Below, piece after piece: positions 1 to 9,302 of a DNA stretch of 59,171 nt. Position numbers and translations under genes: made by a program. How positions within the stretch are numbered: position 1 is the stretch's first letter; each line of letters begins with the position of its first letter. The stretch is from NCBI GenBank assembly GCA_041498315.1, contig JBGQIE010000002.1, positions 1 through 59,171 of the forward strand, in the 5' to 3' direction. The stretch comes from Candidatus Eiseniibacteriota bacterium (GTDB taxonomy: Bacteria > Eisenbacteria > RBG-16-71-46). Under the pieces are notes generated by a model. It was not told where the DNA came from, made no database searches, and saw only the letters and a list, made by a program, of their open reading frames with translations.

Positions 1-323
1 GAGCGGATCTTCTGGTCCGGGACGAACGCGTCCCATTCGAGACTCAGGCGGACGGCCTTGGCGATCTCCGTGTCCGTTCGCCCGACGCTCCCCGGCGACT
101 TGGCCTGGATGTCGTCGGCCACGTCGAGCACGCCGATGACGCGGTGCGCGGCCTCCCGGGCGGCCAGCTTCTTCGCGTAACTGTCCACGTTCCCCGTCAG
201 CGTCACGACGCCATTGTCCACCTCGACCCCGATCTCGGTCTGTTTCACCCGCGAGTCCCAGCGCAGCTCGCGGAAAACGTCCTGCTGAATCTCCTGGTCG
301 GTCTTGGCCAATGCAACAGGCAT
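1..323 (-). CDS. BON-domain protein (OsmY-like); C-terminal part lies beyond the window edge
   Basis: Absent from the ORF track because no stop lies in the window. Manual translation from the ATG (complement of 321-323) gives MPVALAKTDQEIQQDVFRELRWDSRVKQTEIGVEVDNGVVTLTGNVDSYAKKLAAREAAHRVIGVLDVADDIQ..., a typical BON-domain pattern. The gene is divergent from groEL. Confidence 0.7.
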   Translation of the reverse strand, partial: MPVALAKTDQEIQQDVFRELRWDSRVKQTEIGVEVDNGVVTLTGNVDSYAKKLAAREAAHRVIGVLDVADDIQAKSPGSVGRTDTEIAKAVRLSLEWDAFVPDQKIR

Positions 324-620
324 GACAGCCTCCTTTCGATTCGTCGAACCGGCATCGCCTGCCCCGGCGGAACCACCATGCCGGCCGACCCTGCCATCTT
401 GAGACGAAACGGAATCCCCCGCATGATTCCGCTGCATCATTCCCGCGTATCGCCTTCTTTCACGGCCTTTGCGGGCCGCTTAATGAGGATGAATCATTGC
501 GAAGAAGGGATCGCCCGATACTCTGGCAGATGACCCTCGCGGCCGGACGCAGGCGGCAACAATTGTCCGGCCGACGGCGCTCGCAGGTCCGGAACCTCAC
601 ACCCGAACAAGGAGGCGACC

Positions 621-2273
621 ATGCCCCACAAACAACTGCTCTTCCGGTCCGCGGCACGAGAGAAGCTGCTCGCGGGAGCGACCGCACTCGCCGATGCCGT
701 GCGCGTGACGCTGGGTCCCAAGTCGAAGAGCGTTCTGATCGAGAAAAAATGGGGCAGCCCCATCGTCTGTAACGACGGCGTGACCATCGCCAAGGAGTTG
801 GAGCTCGAGGACGCCGATGAGAACCTGGGAGCGCGCATGATGCGGGAAGCCGCCAACCGGACCGGCGATGCGGTCGGCGACGGAACGAGCACGGCAACGA
901 TCCTCGCTCACGCGATTTTCGCGGAGGGTCTGCGCAACGTCGCGGCGGGTGCCTCGGCGGTGGACATCAAGCGAGGGCTCGACCGGGGCGCTCGCGTGGC
1001 GATCGACGCTCTGCGCGCGCTTTCGCGCCCGGTCCCGGAACGCCGTGAGAAAGCGCAAGTCGCCACGATCTCGGCGCACAACGACCCGAAGATCGGGGAG
1101 CTCGTGGCCGATGCGATCGAGCGGGTCGGCGGCGAGGGAGTCATCTCGGTCGAGGAGGCGAAGGGAACGGAGACGGCCCTGGAGGTCGTCGAAGGGATGC
1201 AATTCGACCGCGGGTTTCTCTCCGCCTACTTCATCACGGACCCGGAGCGGATGGAATGCGTTCTCGAGGACCCCTTCCTGCTCCTTTACGAGAAGAAGAT
1301 CAGCACGCTTGCGGATTTTCTTCCGCTGCTCGAGCAGATTGCCAAGTCCGGGCATCCGCTGCTGGTCGTCGCCGAAGATGTCGAGGGCGAGGCGCTCGCG
1401 ACCCTGGTCGTCAACAGGCTGCGCGGCACGCTGGCGGTGTGCGCGGTCAAGGCGCCGGGCTTTGGCGACCGCCGCAAGGCCATGATGGAGGACATCGCGG
1501 TGCTCACCGCCGGCAAGGTGATCTCCGAGGACATCGGCCTCAAGCTCGAGAACGTGCGCGTCGAGGATCTCGGACGCGCCAAGAACATCACCATCGACAA
1601 GGACAACACGACGATCGTCGATGGGGCCGGCAAGAAGGTCGACATCCAGGGCCGGATCGGCCAGATCAAGAAGGAGATCGAGGACACGACCTCGGACTAC
1701 GACCGCGAGAAGCTCCAGGAGCGTCTGGCCAAGCTCGCGGGCGGCGTGGCGGTGATCAACGTCGGCGCCGCGACCGAGACCGAGATGAAGGAAAAGAAGG
1801 CCCGCGTCGAGGACGCGCTGCACGCGACCCGCGCCGCGGTCGAAGAGGGCATCGTTCCGGGCGGCGGCGTGGCGTACCTGCGCTGCATTCCGGTGCTCGA
1901 CCGGCTCTCGAAGGAGCTGCAGGGTGACGAGCAGGTGGGCGTCAACATCATCAAGCGCGCGCTCGAGCAGCCGCTCCGCACCCTGTGCCAGAACGCCGGC
2001 GTCGAGGGTTCGGTGATCGTCGAGCACGTCAAGGGCTACAAGGGCGAGGAGAAGTTCACCGGCTACGACGTGGACGCGGAGAAGTACGTGGACATGTTCA
2101 AGGCCGGCATCATCGACCCGACCAAGGTCGCGCGTACCGCGCTGCAGAACGCGGCGAGCGTGGCGAGCCTGCTGCTCACGACCGAGGCGCTGATCACGGA
2201 GATCCCGGAGAAGAAGAAGGCGGCGGCCGCTCCGGGCGGCGGCGGTGGTGGTTACGGCGGAGAAGACTTCTAG
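621..2273 (+). CDS. groEL: Chaperonin GroEL (Cpn60)
   Basis: 550-aa ORF with full-length GroEL signatures ([77 protein letters not shown]). AAGGAGG sits 6 nt upstream of the ATG. The C-terminal tail is Gly-rich ([12 protein letters not shown]). There is no groES upstream. Confidence 0.97.
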   Translation: MPHKQLLFRSAAREKLLAGATALADAVRVTLGPKSKSVLIEKKWGSPIVCNDGVTIAKELELEDADENLGARMMREAANRTGDAVGDGTSTATILAHAIFAEGLRNVAAGASAVDIKRGLDRGARVAIDALRALSRPVPERREKAQVATISAHNDPKIGELVADAIERVGGEGVISVEEAKGTETALEVVEGMQFDRGFLSAYFITDPERMECVLEDPFLLLYEKKISTLADFLPLLEQIAKSGHPLLVVAEDVEGEALATLVVNRLRGTLAVCAVKAPGFGDRRKAMMEDIAVLTAGKVISEDIGLKLENVRVEDLGRAKNITIDKDNTTIVDGAGKKVDIQGRIGQIKKEIEDTTSDYDREKLQERLAKLAGGVAVINVGAATETEMKEKKARVEDALHATRAAVEEGIVPGGGVAYLRCIPVLDRLSKELQGDEQVGVNIIKRALEQPLRTLCQNAGVEGSVIVEHVKGYKGEEKFTGYDVDAEKYVDMFKAGIIDPTKVARTALQNAASVASLLLTTEALITEIPEKKKAAAAPGGGGGGYGGEDF

Positions 2274-2302
2274 AGCGCCGTCGTAATAAAGTCGTCAAGA
2301 AG

Positions 2303-2335
2303 CGGGCCGGGGAGAAATCCCCGGCCCGTTGTTTT
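2303..2335 (+). terminator. Rho-independent terminator after groEL
   Basis: Stem CGGGCCGGGGA / TCCCCGGCCCG with a GAAA loop, followed by TTGTTTT. Confidence 0.7.
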
Positions 2336-2750
2336 CATCCCAAGCGGCGTCGGCAGGTCATTAGAGCTTCGGCTTGGACCACGCCGGCACGCCTTCGGGA
2401 TGGGTGAGCTTCTGGGAGCGTCCGGTTTTACACCCGCTCCTGGACCACCGCCCGGGGGAAATCCGAGGCCACCGCTCCACCCGGACGTGTGCGGTGGCTT
2501 CGTACGCCAGGGCCCGTTGCCGGCTCCGCCCGGGCGCCCCGCTCGCCGCCGCCCCGGCCGCCACGACCCCGGCCGCCGCTCCCGCCCCCCGCCTCACCCG
2601 CGCGTCCGCGCGACCTTCTTCGCCGCCGGTTTTTTGATATGCCGCGCCGGTCGCCCCGGGTTTGCCCCCACTCGTTCAGCCCGATAGGGTCCCGCTCGCC
2701 CACGACCCACCGACCGGGCTCCGATTTCACTCGTGACCAAGGAGATCGAG

Positions 2751-5513
2751 ATGAAGCGCAACTCCCGCGCGGCCTCCCTGCTGCTCGCCCTCGTCGTGCT
2801 CGGGCTGACGGGCGCCGGGGCCGCGCTCGCGCAGGACGCCGTTTCGAGCGACACGAAGGATTCCCGCACCTCCGCCGCCAAGGCCGATGCCAGGGGGGCG
2901 GCCGTGGCCGCCAAGCCCGACGTGCCCAAGCCCGGCGACGACAAGCCGTTCAGCGAGGTCGTGAAGGACATGGACGTCATCCAGGGTGTGTTCACGTTCT
3001 ACCGCCACGCCGACGACAACCGGATGCTCATGGAGATCCGGCCCGACCAGCTCGACAAGCGCTTCCTGTTCGGCGCCACGCTCGATCAGGCGGTGGGCGA
3101 GCGCGGCATCTACGGGGCCCAGGTGCTGGGCGACTTCCCGTTCGTGCTGCGCCAGGTCGGCAAGAGCATCCAGCTCATTCAGGAGAACACCGCCTTCAGC
3201 GCGCCGCCCGGCTCGCCCGCGGCGCGCGCGATCGCGCGCTCGTTCCCGGGCTCGATCCTGGGCGCGGCGAAGCTCCAGTCCAAGCCGCACCCCGATCGCA
3301 AGAGCATCCTCATCGATCCCGCCGAGCTGTTCGTCAAGGATCTGCCGGGCTTCGCGGCCGGCCTGTCGCAGGCCTACCAGCCATCGAGCTACAGCTTCGA
3401 CAAGGAGAAGAGCGGGCTGCGGGACATCAAGGCCTTCCCGGACAACGTGCTGCTCGAGGTCGCGCTCGACTACGGCACCGACAACCCGAGGACGCCTTCG
3501 ATCACGCTTCCCGACGCCCGCAGCATTCCGCTGGTCGTGAAGTACGAGCTCTCGACGCTCAAGGACACCGGCTACCAGCCCCGCATCGCCGACGACCGCG
3601 TCGGCCATTTCATCACCATCCGGCAGGACTTCGCCTCCGACCGACCGGCCTCGCCCTACGTGCGCTACATCACGCGCTGGAAGCTCGAGAAGTCGGACCC
3701 CAACGCGGCGCTCTCGCCCCCTAAGGAGCCGATCGTCTACTGGCTCGAGAACACGATCCCGGTCGAATACCGTGAGGCGGTCACCGAGGGCGTGCTGCTG
3801 TGGAACAAGGCGTTCGAGAAGATCGGCTTCAAGGACGCGATCGTCGTCAAGCAGCAGCCCGACGACGCGACCTGGGACCCCGCCGACTCGCGCTACAACA
3901 CGATCCGCTGGTTCGCGGGCGTGGACGCCACCTTCGCGATCGGCCCCTCGCGCGCCAACCCCTATACCGGCCAGATCTACGACGCAGACATCAGCATCGC
4001 CGAGGGCATCGTGCGCAACGCGCGCCGGCTGGGCGAGGAGTACGTGAACCCGATCACCCAGCCCGACGAATCGGGGACCTGGCTCGCGACCGCCTGGAAC
4101 CGGAATCCGCGCGCGGCCTGCGATCTCGCGAGCGGCCTGGTTCAGCAGGCGGCGCTCGGGATCTCGGTGCTCGAGGCCCGGGGCGCGCTGCGCCCCGAAG
4201 TCGAGGCCCGACTCATGCACCAGTACATCGTCGAGCTGGTCGCCCACGAGGTCGGCCACACCCTGGGCCTGCGCCACAACTTCCGCGGCAGCAGCATCCT
4301 CAAGCCCAGCGAGCTGAACGACGTGGCGAAGACCGAGAGCATCGGCCAGTCGGCCTCCGTCATGGACTACAACCCGGTCATCGTCGCGCCGAAGGGCACG
4401 ACCCAGGGCGATTTCGTGCCCACCACGCTCGGACCCTACGACTACTGGGCGATCGAGTACGCCTACAAGCCGATCGCCGGCGACGAGACCGACGCGCTGG
4501 CCCGGATCGCCGCGCGCGCGGGCACTGACCCGATGCTGCCCTACTCGACCGACGAGGACGCCCAGGGCACCTACTCGGCGATCTCGATCGACCCGTTCGC
4601 GAACCAGTACGATCAGACCGACGACCCGCTCGCCTACTTCCGCGGGCGCCTCCAGCTCGTCAACGAGCTGTGGGCGAACATGGAGAGCAAGCTCGCCAAG
4701 CCCGGCGATGGCTACCAGGTGTACCGGCGGGCGATGGCGCGCGGGCTGTCGGACGACTTCCGCTCGCTGGTGACGTCGTCGAAGTTCATCGGCGGGATCT
4801 ACCACCACCGCGATCACGTCGGCGATCCGGGGGACCGGCTTCCCTACCAGCCGGTGCCGGCGGCGAAGCAGCGCGAGGCGCTCGATTTCCTGGCGACCTA
4901 CGCGTTCGGTCCGCGCGCCTTCCAGGTGCCGGCGAGCCTGCAGAACCGGCTCGCGATCGAGCGCAACCCGGGGCTCGACTTCGCGACCTACTTCGGCGCC
5001 CAGCGGCTCGATTTCCCCTGGCACGACGCGGTGCTCAACATCCAGCGCACGGTGCTCACCCGGCTCTACAACCCGATCACGCTCGGGCGCATCCAGGACA
5101 ACGAGCTGCGCTTCGCGAAGAGCGAGAAGCCGTTCAAGATGGCCGACCTGTTCAACGGCCTGAACGCCACGATCTGGTCGGAGCTGGACGCTGGAGCGTC
5201 CGAGGTCACGAGCCTGCGCCGCAACCTGCAGCGCGAGCAGCTCAAGCAGCTCATCCGGCTGGCGTTGCGCCAGCCGGCGCCGGCGGCCGGCCCCGGGCTG
5301 CTCGGCCCCGGCGTGGCCGCACCGCCGCCGCCGCTTCCGCCCGAGGACGCGACGACGCTCGCCCGCGCGAGCCTGGTGCGGATCCAGGGCAAGGTCCGCA
5401 CCGCCCTGGCGGGCAAGGCGGTCACCGACGCGACGACCCGGGCGCACCTGCAGGAAACCGACGCGCGCATCGGCGCGGCGCTCGCCGCCACGCTCGACCG
5501 GCGCGCGGACTAG
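2751..5513 (+). CDS. Secreted zinc metalloprotease (DUF5117/DUF4953-type, HExxH)
   Basis: Contains the HEVGHTLGLRHNF zinc-binding motif and the signal peptide MKRNSRAASLLLALVVLGLTGAGAALAQ. I prefer the ATG at 2751 because AGGAG lies 5 nt upstream. The track's GTG at 2733 is an alternative start. Confidence 0.85.
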   Translation: MKRNSRAASLLLALVVLGLTGAGAALAQDAVSSDTKDSRTSAAKADARGAAVAAKPDVPKPGDDKPFSEVVKDMDVIQGVFTFYRHADDNRMLMEIRPDQLDKRFLFGATLDQAVGERGIYGAQVLGDFPFVLRQVGKSIQLIQENTAFSAPPGSPAARAIARSFPGSILGAAKLQSKPHPDRKSILIDPAELFVKDLPGFAAGLSQAYQPSSYSFDKEKSGLRDIKAFPDNVLLEVALDYGTDNPRTPSITLPDARSIPLVVKYELSTLKDTGYQPRIADDRVGHFITIRQDFASDRPASPYVRYITRWKLEKSDPNAALSPPKEPIVYWLENTIPVEYREAVTEGVLLWNKAFEKIGFKDAIVVKQQPDDATWDPADSRYNTIRWFAGVDATFAIGPSRANPYTGQIYDADISIAEGIVRNARRLGEEYVNPITQPDESGTWLATAWNRNPRAACDLASGLVQQAALGISVLEARGALRPEVEARLMHQYIVELVAHEVGHTLGLRHNFRGSSILKPSELNDVAKTESIGQSASVMDYNPVIVAPKGTTQGDFVPTTLGPYDYWAIEYAYKPIAGDETDALARIAARAGTDPMLPYSTDEDAQGTYSAISIDPFANQYDQTDDPLAYFRGRLQLVNELWANMESKLAKPGDGYQVYRRAMARGLSDDFRSLVTSSKFIGGIYHHRDHVGDPGDRLPYQPVPAAKQREALDFLATYAFGPRAFQVPASLQNRLAIERNPGLDFATYFGAQRLDFPWHDAVLNIQRTVLTRLYNPITLGRIQDNELRFAKSEKPFKMADLFNGLNATIWSELDAGASEVTSLRRNLQREQLKQLIRLALRQPAPAAGPGLLGPGVAAPPPPLPPEDATTLARASLVRIQGKVRTALAGKAVTDATTRAHLQETDARIGAALAATLDRRAD

Positions 5514-5545
5514 CTCCGCAGGGGCGACGGGCCGCCGGACGCACC

Positions 5546-5581
5546 GGGGGCCGGGCTTCGATGCCCGGCCCCCCTGCGTTT
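5546..5581 (+). terminator. Terminator-like GC hairpin after the metalloprotease gene
   Basis: GGGGGCCGGGC-TTCGAT-GCCCGGCCCCC, followed by CTGCGTTT. The T-tract is weak. Confidence 0.55.
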
Positions 5582-5683
5582 GCGCGTCGGGCGCGTTTCG
5601 GGCACACTCCTTTGCCGCTTTCAGCCCCGGATGACCCCTGCCACGCGGCTCATCCGATCCACGAGACCCGACAGGAGCCTTCC

Positions 5684-6241
5684 GTGATCGCCGCGACGCA
5701 AATCAAAGTGGGCATGGTCATCATGCACAACGGCAAGCCGCACCGGGTGACCAACGTGCTGCACGTCACCCCGGGCAACTGGCGCGGCATGGTGCAGACC
5801 CGCCTGGTCAACATCCAGACCGGCAGCAACGCCGAACACCGGTTCCGCTCCGAGGACAAGGTCGATCGGGCCAACCTCGAGGAGCACGTGCTGCAGTTCA
5901 GCTACCGGGCGGCCGACGAGTTCCACTTCATGAACACCGAGTCCTACGAGATGATGGCGCTCCACTCCGACGTGCTCGGCGACGCGGTCGGCTTCATCAC
6001 CGAGGGAATGACGATCAAGGCCCAGTACTTCGAGGGCCGGGTCGTGGGCGTCGATCTGCCCATGTTCGTCGAGCTGGCGGTCCGCGAGACCACGCCCAAC
6101 ATCAAGGGCGCGGCGGTGCAGAACACCTCGAAGCCGGCGATCCTGGAGACCGGCCTCGAGATCAAGGTCCCGCCCTACATCGAGTCGGGCAACCGGGTCA
6201 AGATCGACACCCGGACCGGGGAGTTCGTCGAGCGGGCGTAG
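5684..6241 (+). CDS. efp: Translation elongation factor P
   Basis: This is the 3' part of track ORF 4670..6241. A GTG start at 5684 has AGGAG 6 nt upstream and gives 185 aa (VIAATQIKVGMVIMHNGKPHRVTNVLHVTPGNWRGMVQTRL...KPAILETGLEIKVPPYIESGNRVKIDTRTGEFVERA), which is collinear with EF-P. Confidence 0.93.
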   Translation: MIAATQIKVGMVIMHNGKPHRVTNVLHVTPGNWRGMVQTRLVNIQTGSNAEHRFRSEDKVDRANLEEHVLQFSYRAADEFHFMNTESYEMMALHSDVLGDAVGFITEGMTIKAQYFEGRVVGVDLPMFVELAVRETTPNIKGAAVQNTSKPAILETGLEIKVPPYIESGNRVKIDTRTGEFVERA

Positions 6242-6253
6242 CTTCGCCCCCCG

Positions 6254-7903
6254 CTAGAACACCGACGCCGCCAGATGGACGTCGGCCTCCGACCAGGCCT
6301 TCCGGAAGCGCTCGTCCGCCACCGCGGCCTCGGTCGTCAGGCCCTGCGCGCGCAGCGCCTTCGTGAGCCCGAGCAGCGACCAGCCGTTGTCGGGGTGCCG
6401 GCGCAGGTCCTCGCGATAGACTCCCTCGGCCTGCTGCGCGCGCCCCGAGGCGAGCAGCGCGGCGCCCAGCGCGTGCCGCACCGGCCAGTACCAGGTCGGG
6501 GGCTCGTCGTAGTGGAGGCTGTCCTCCTGGGCGACCGCGAGACGGAGCAGACGCAGCGACTCGTCGGTGCGCCTGCGGCGGCCCGCCAGCTCGCCCGCCA
6601 GCGCGTTGGAGGCGACCCGCAGCAGCAGCGGCGCGGGATTGATGCTGATGATCATGTCGGGCGGCACGTGCGCGGCGGTCGCGCGCAGCGAATCGAGCGC
6701 GCCGGCGGCGCCGGCGAGATCGCCCTTGCCGGCGAGCGCCATCCCGCGCGCGTAGTGCCACACCGCGCGCGCGTAGCGCTCCGCGGCCGGCGGGGCCGGC
6801 TCCGCGAGCGCCTCGTCCCAGCGGCCGAAGCGCACCAGCGTCACGATCGGGTAGGGCGGCGCGAGCTCGAGCATCGACATCTGGGCGATGAGATCGGGCG
6901 ACAGGTTGCCCACCAGCTTGCGCGCCGCGGCGATCGCCTCGGCGCTGCGGCCCTCCATCATCGCCGTGAACCAGATGAACTGGATGTTGTGGTTGTAGTA
7001 CATGAGCGGATAGGAGCCCTGCGGGTTCTGCTCCGCGATGTACTTCTCGTCCACCGCGACGGCCTTCCGGTTTTGCTCCAGGGCCTCGCGGTACTGTCCG
7101 GTGCGGGCGTAAATGTGGGACGGCATGTGAACCAGGTGGCCGGCGCCTGGCACCAGGGTCTCGAGCCTTCTCGCGGCCTCGAGCGCGCGCTCGGGATGGT
7201 CCGAGGCCTCGACCGCGTGGATGTAGAAATGGTTCGCGCCCGGATGGTCGGGATGCTTGCGGAGCAGGGCCTCGAGGGTCGCCACCGCCTGGAGCGTGCC
7301 GGGATTGGGCCGGCCTTCGTGGGACCACTGATTCCACGGATTCAGATCGAGGATGGACTCGGCGTACAGCGCGGCCGCATCGGCGTCGGCGGGCAGGCGC
7401 TTCGACAGGGCCCGCATCGCGTCGCAATACGCGCTGTCGAGCGCGGTGCGGCGCGCGTTCGGCTCGGCGGAGTACCGGGTCAGGAGCGCCCCGATGAAGG
7501 CGCGATCGGCGGCAGGGGCGCCCTTCGCGAGCGCGGAGGCCCGGGCGACTGCATCGAGCGCGATCCTGCCGTGCTCCTCGTCCATCGGCAGGTTGATGTT
7601 GGGACCGGCTGAGACGCCCACGCCCCACCAGGCCATCGCGCACCGGGGATCGAGCCGCGCGGCCTCACGGAAGGCGCGGATCGCCTCGTCGTGATTGAAG
7701 CCGTAGTAGAGCCGCAGTCCCTGGTCGAAGAACTTCTGGGCCCGGGGGGACGAGGTCGTGACCGGGTGGGTCCAGGTGCCCAGGTTCGTGTAGAGCGGCG
7801 GCGGCGTGTTCGTCGCCGCGGGCGCGCCGTGGTCGTGCTGGGCCCAGGCGGTCAGGGGGACGAGCAGGGCGACGGCCGCGAACCGGCAGATGCTGAACGA
7901 CAT
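6254..7903 (-). CDS. Secreted TPR-repeat protein
   Basis: The real start is MSFSICRFAAVALLVPLTAWAQ (ATG at 7903, AGGAGG upstream). The remaining 549 aa are TPR-like helical repeats. The track ORF extends spuriously to 8431. Confidence 0.75.
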   Translation of the reverse strand: MSFSICRFAAVALLVPLTAWAQHDHGAPAATNTPPPLYTNLGTWTHPVTTSSPRAQKFFDQGLRLYYGFNHDEAIRAFREAARLDPRCAMAWWGVGVSAGPNINLPMDEEHGRIALDAVARASALAKGAPAADRAFIGALLTRYSAEPNARRTALDSAYCDAMRALSKRLPADADAAALYAESILDLNPWNQWSHEGRPNPGTLQAVATLEALLRKHPDHPGANHFYIHAVEASDHPERALEAARRLETLVPGAGHLVHMPSHIYARTGQYREALEQNRKAVAVDEKYIAEQNPQGSYPLMYYNHNIQFIWFTAMMEGRSAEAIAAARKLVGNLSPDLIAQMSMLELAPPYPIVTLVRFGRWDEALAEPAPPAAERYARAVWHYARGMALAGKGDLAGAAGALDSLRATAAHVPPDMIISINPAPLLLRVASNALAGELAGRRRRTDESLRLLRLAVAQEDSLHYDEPPTWYWPVRHALGAALLASGRAQQAEGVYREDLRRHPDNGWSLLGLTKALRAQGLTTEAAVADERFRKAWSEADVHLAASVF

Positions 7904-8318
7904 GCGCAGTCCTCCTGGCGAACGCGAGCGGACGGGTGCTGGGATGGCGGGGAATCTGCCACGCTCGCCGCGCGCCCGGCAAGCCCCGGGCCTCCCCCGT
8001 CTGGCGGCACGAAGACGGTTTACCACAGGTACACACTCCGACATCGAGTCGGAATTTTCCCAACGGCCCTTCCGTTGGGCGTGGAAAGCCGGGCGCGGCG
8101 CAAGTAGGATTCCCGACGGTCTCGGCCGCACCACCAGCCGGTGGTTCCCATCACGAAGCACACCTGGCGCGCGCCGCGGACGCCGGGGAGCTTGCGGCCG
8201 GGAGGAATGTGGCCGCCGCGGCTGACGTCCCACGTCGCAGCCGACTCCCGGGATCCGATTTCGCCACTCGAAGTCGCGATTCCCCCGACGGACCTGGGGG
8301 CCGGGAAGGAGGTGTCCC

Positions 8319-9134
8319 GTGAGATTTGCTTCGAACCGTGCGGGTCGTGCCATCCAGTTCGCGTTCGTCGCCGTCGCGGTCGCGTGCATCACGCTCGCCG
8401 CCGGGTCGGCGCACGCGCAGCCGCCCAACACGCCCCCGGGCGTGGACCACTACCTGGTCTACAAGGTGCTCAACCCGCCGCAGTACCCGGTTCCCGTGAT
8501 CCTGAGCGATCAGTTCCTCCAGCACGTGACCTCGCAGGTGCTGACCCTCGAGTTCTTCATGACGCCGGTGAACAAGAACCACGAGGGGATCATCGACGAC
8601 ATCACCCACTACACGTGGTGGCTCACGTCCGCACAGCCGTTCGGCGCGACCGCGCTGGTCTCGAATCAGTTCAGGCCCGACCAGGCGCTCAACGTCTTCG
8701 ATCCGCACTTCCTGCTCAATCCGGCGCTGAAGGGCATCACGCAGCCGCCCTCGGGCCCGATCCCGCCCAAGAACCACTATCGGGTCTACGACGCGAACGG
8801 GCTGCCCATCGAGGTGCCCGTGTCCCTGCAGGATCAGTTCTACCAGTACCAGGCGATGGTTCATTTCCCGAGGTTCCTGGCGCCTCCGGTCGAGAAGATC
8901 TTCCAGGGCGTCGTGTTCCCGATCTTCGACCCGGTCGCCCACCTGGTCATCTACGACATCAGCATGCTTCCGCCGGTGGCGCCGCCCCCGCCTCCGGTGT
9001 TCGCGAAGGACGAGTTCGGGATCTGGCATCTTGAGCTCGGCCAGCCCATCTTCCTGTGCGTGCCGTCCTACAAGACGGGCGTCGTGGGAACGCAGGGGAC
9101 GACGTGGGGCAAGCTGAAGGCGTTGTATCGGTAG
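8319..9134 (+). CDS. Secreted protein with four internal ~55-aa repeats and a C-terminal TWGKLKALYR tail
   Basis: GTG start with AAGGAGG 7 nt upstream, and signal peptide ...AFVAVAVACITLAAGSAHAQ. The repeat pattern is [DNTA]H[YL]xxY...(V/L)xxx(D/N)QF...P..K, four times. No family assignment is possible by eye. Confidence 0.7.
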   Translation: MRFASNRAGRAIQFAFVAVAVACITLAAGSAHAQPPNTPPGVDHYLVYKVLNPPQYPVPVILSDQFLQHVTSQVLTLEFFMTPVNKNHEGIIDDITHYTWWLTSAQPFGATALVSNQFRPDQALNVFDPHFLLNPALKGITQPPSGPIPPKNHYRVYDANGLPIEVPVSLQDQFYQYQAMVHFPRFLAPPVEKIFQGVVFPIFDPVAHLVIYDISMLPPVAPPPPPVFAKDEFGIWHLELGQPIFLCVPSYKTGVVGTQGTTWGKLKALYR

Positions 9135-9302
9135 GCCGGTTCGTGCGGCCGCCGCGCGCGGCCGCGGCGTGACGGCAGGTCCGCGCGGGTGCCACGTCCC
9201 GCGGGAACGGCGGTCGTCACGTGGAGGGAATTCCGAGCGCTCCGTCGCGCCTCATATGGCGGGGCGCTCGGGCTTTCGGAGCGTCACGGCGTGACGCGTG
9301 CC

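Noticed and set aside
584-594. CAGGTCCGGAA upstream of groEL, which resembles the SRP RNA domain IV core.
   Set aside because: The remainder of the conserved GGAAGCAGCC helix-8 motif and a closing stem are absent.
324-620. Missing groES and missing CIRCE (TTAGCACTC-N9-GAGTGCTAA) upstream of groEL.
   Set aside because: Orphan extra groEL paralogues without groES are common, and the absence of an element is not itself a signal. I note it only.
5546-5573. Similar hairpins GGGGGCCGGGC-TTCGAT-GCCCGGCCCCC (5546-5573) and GGGGCGCGGGC-TCGAT-GCCCGCGCCCC (26550-26576), considered as a dispersed repeat family.
   Set aside because: There are only two copies. Both sit right after stop codons, which fits ordinary GC-rich intrinsic terminators.
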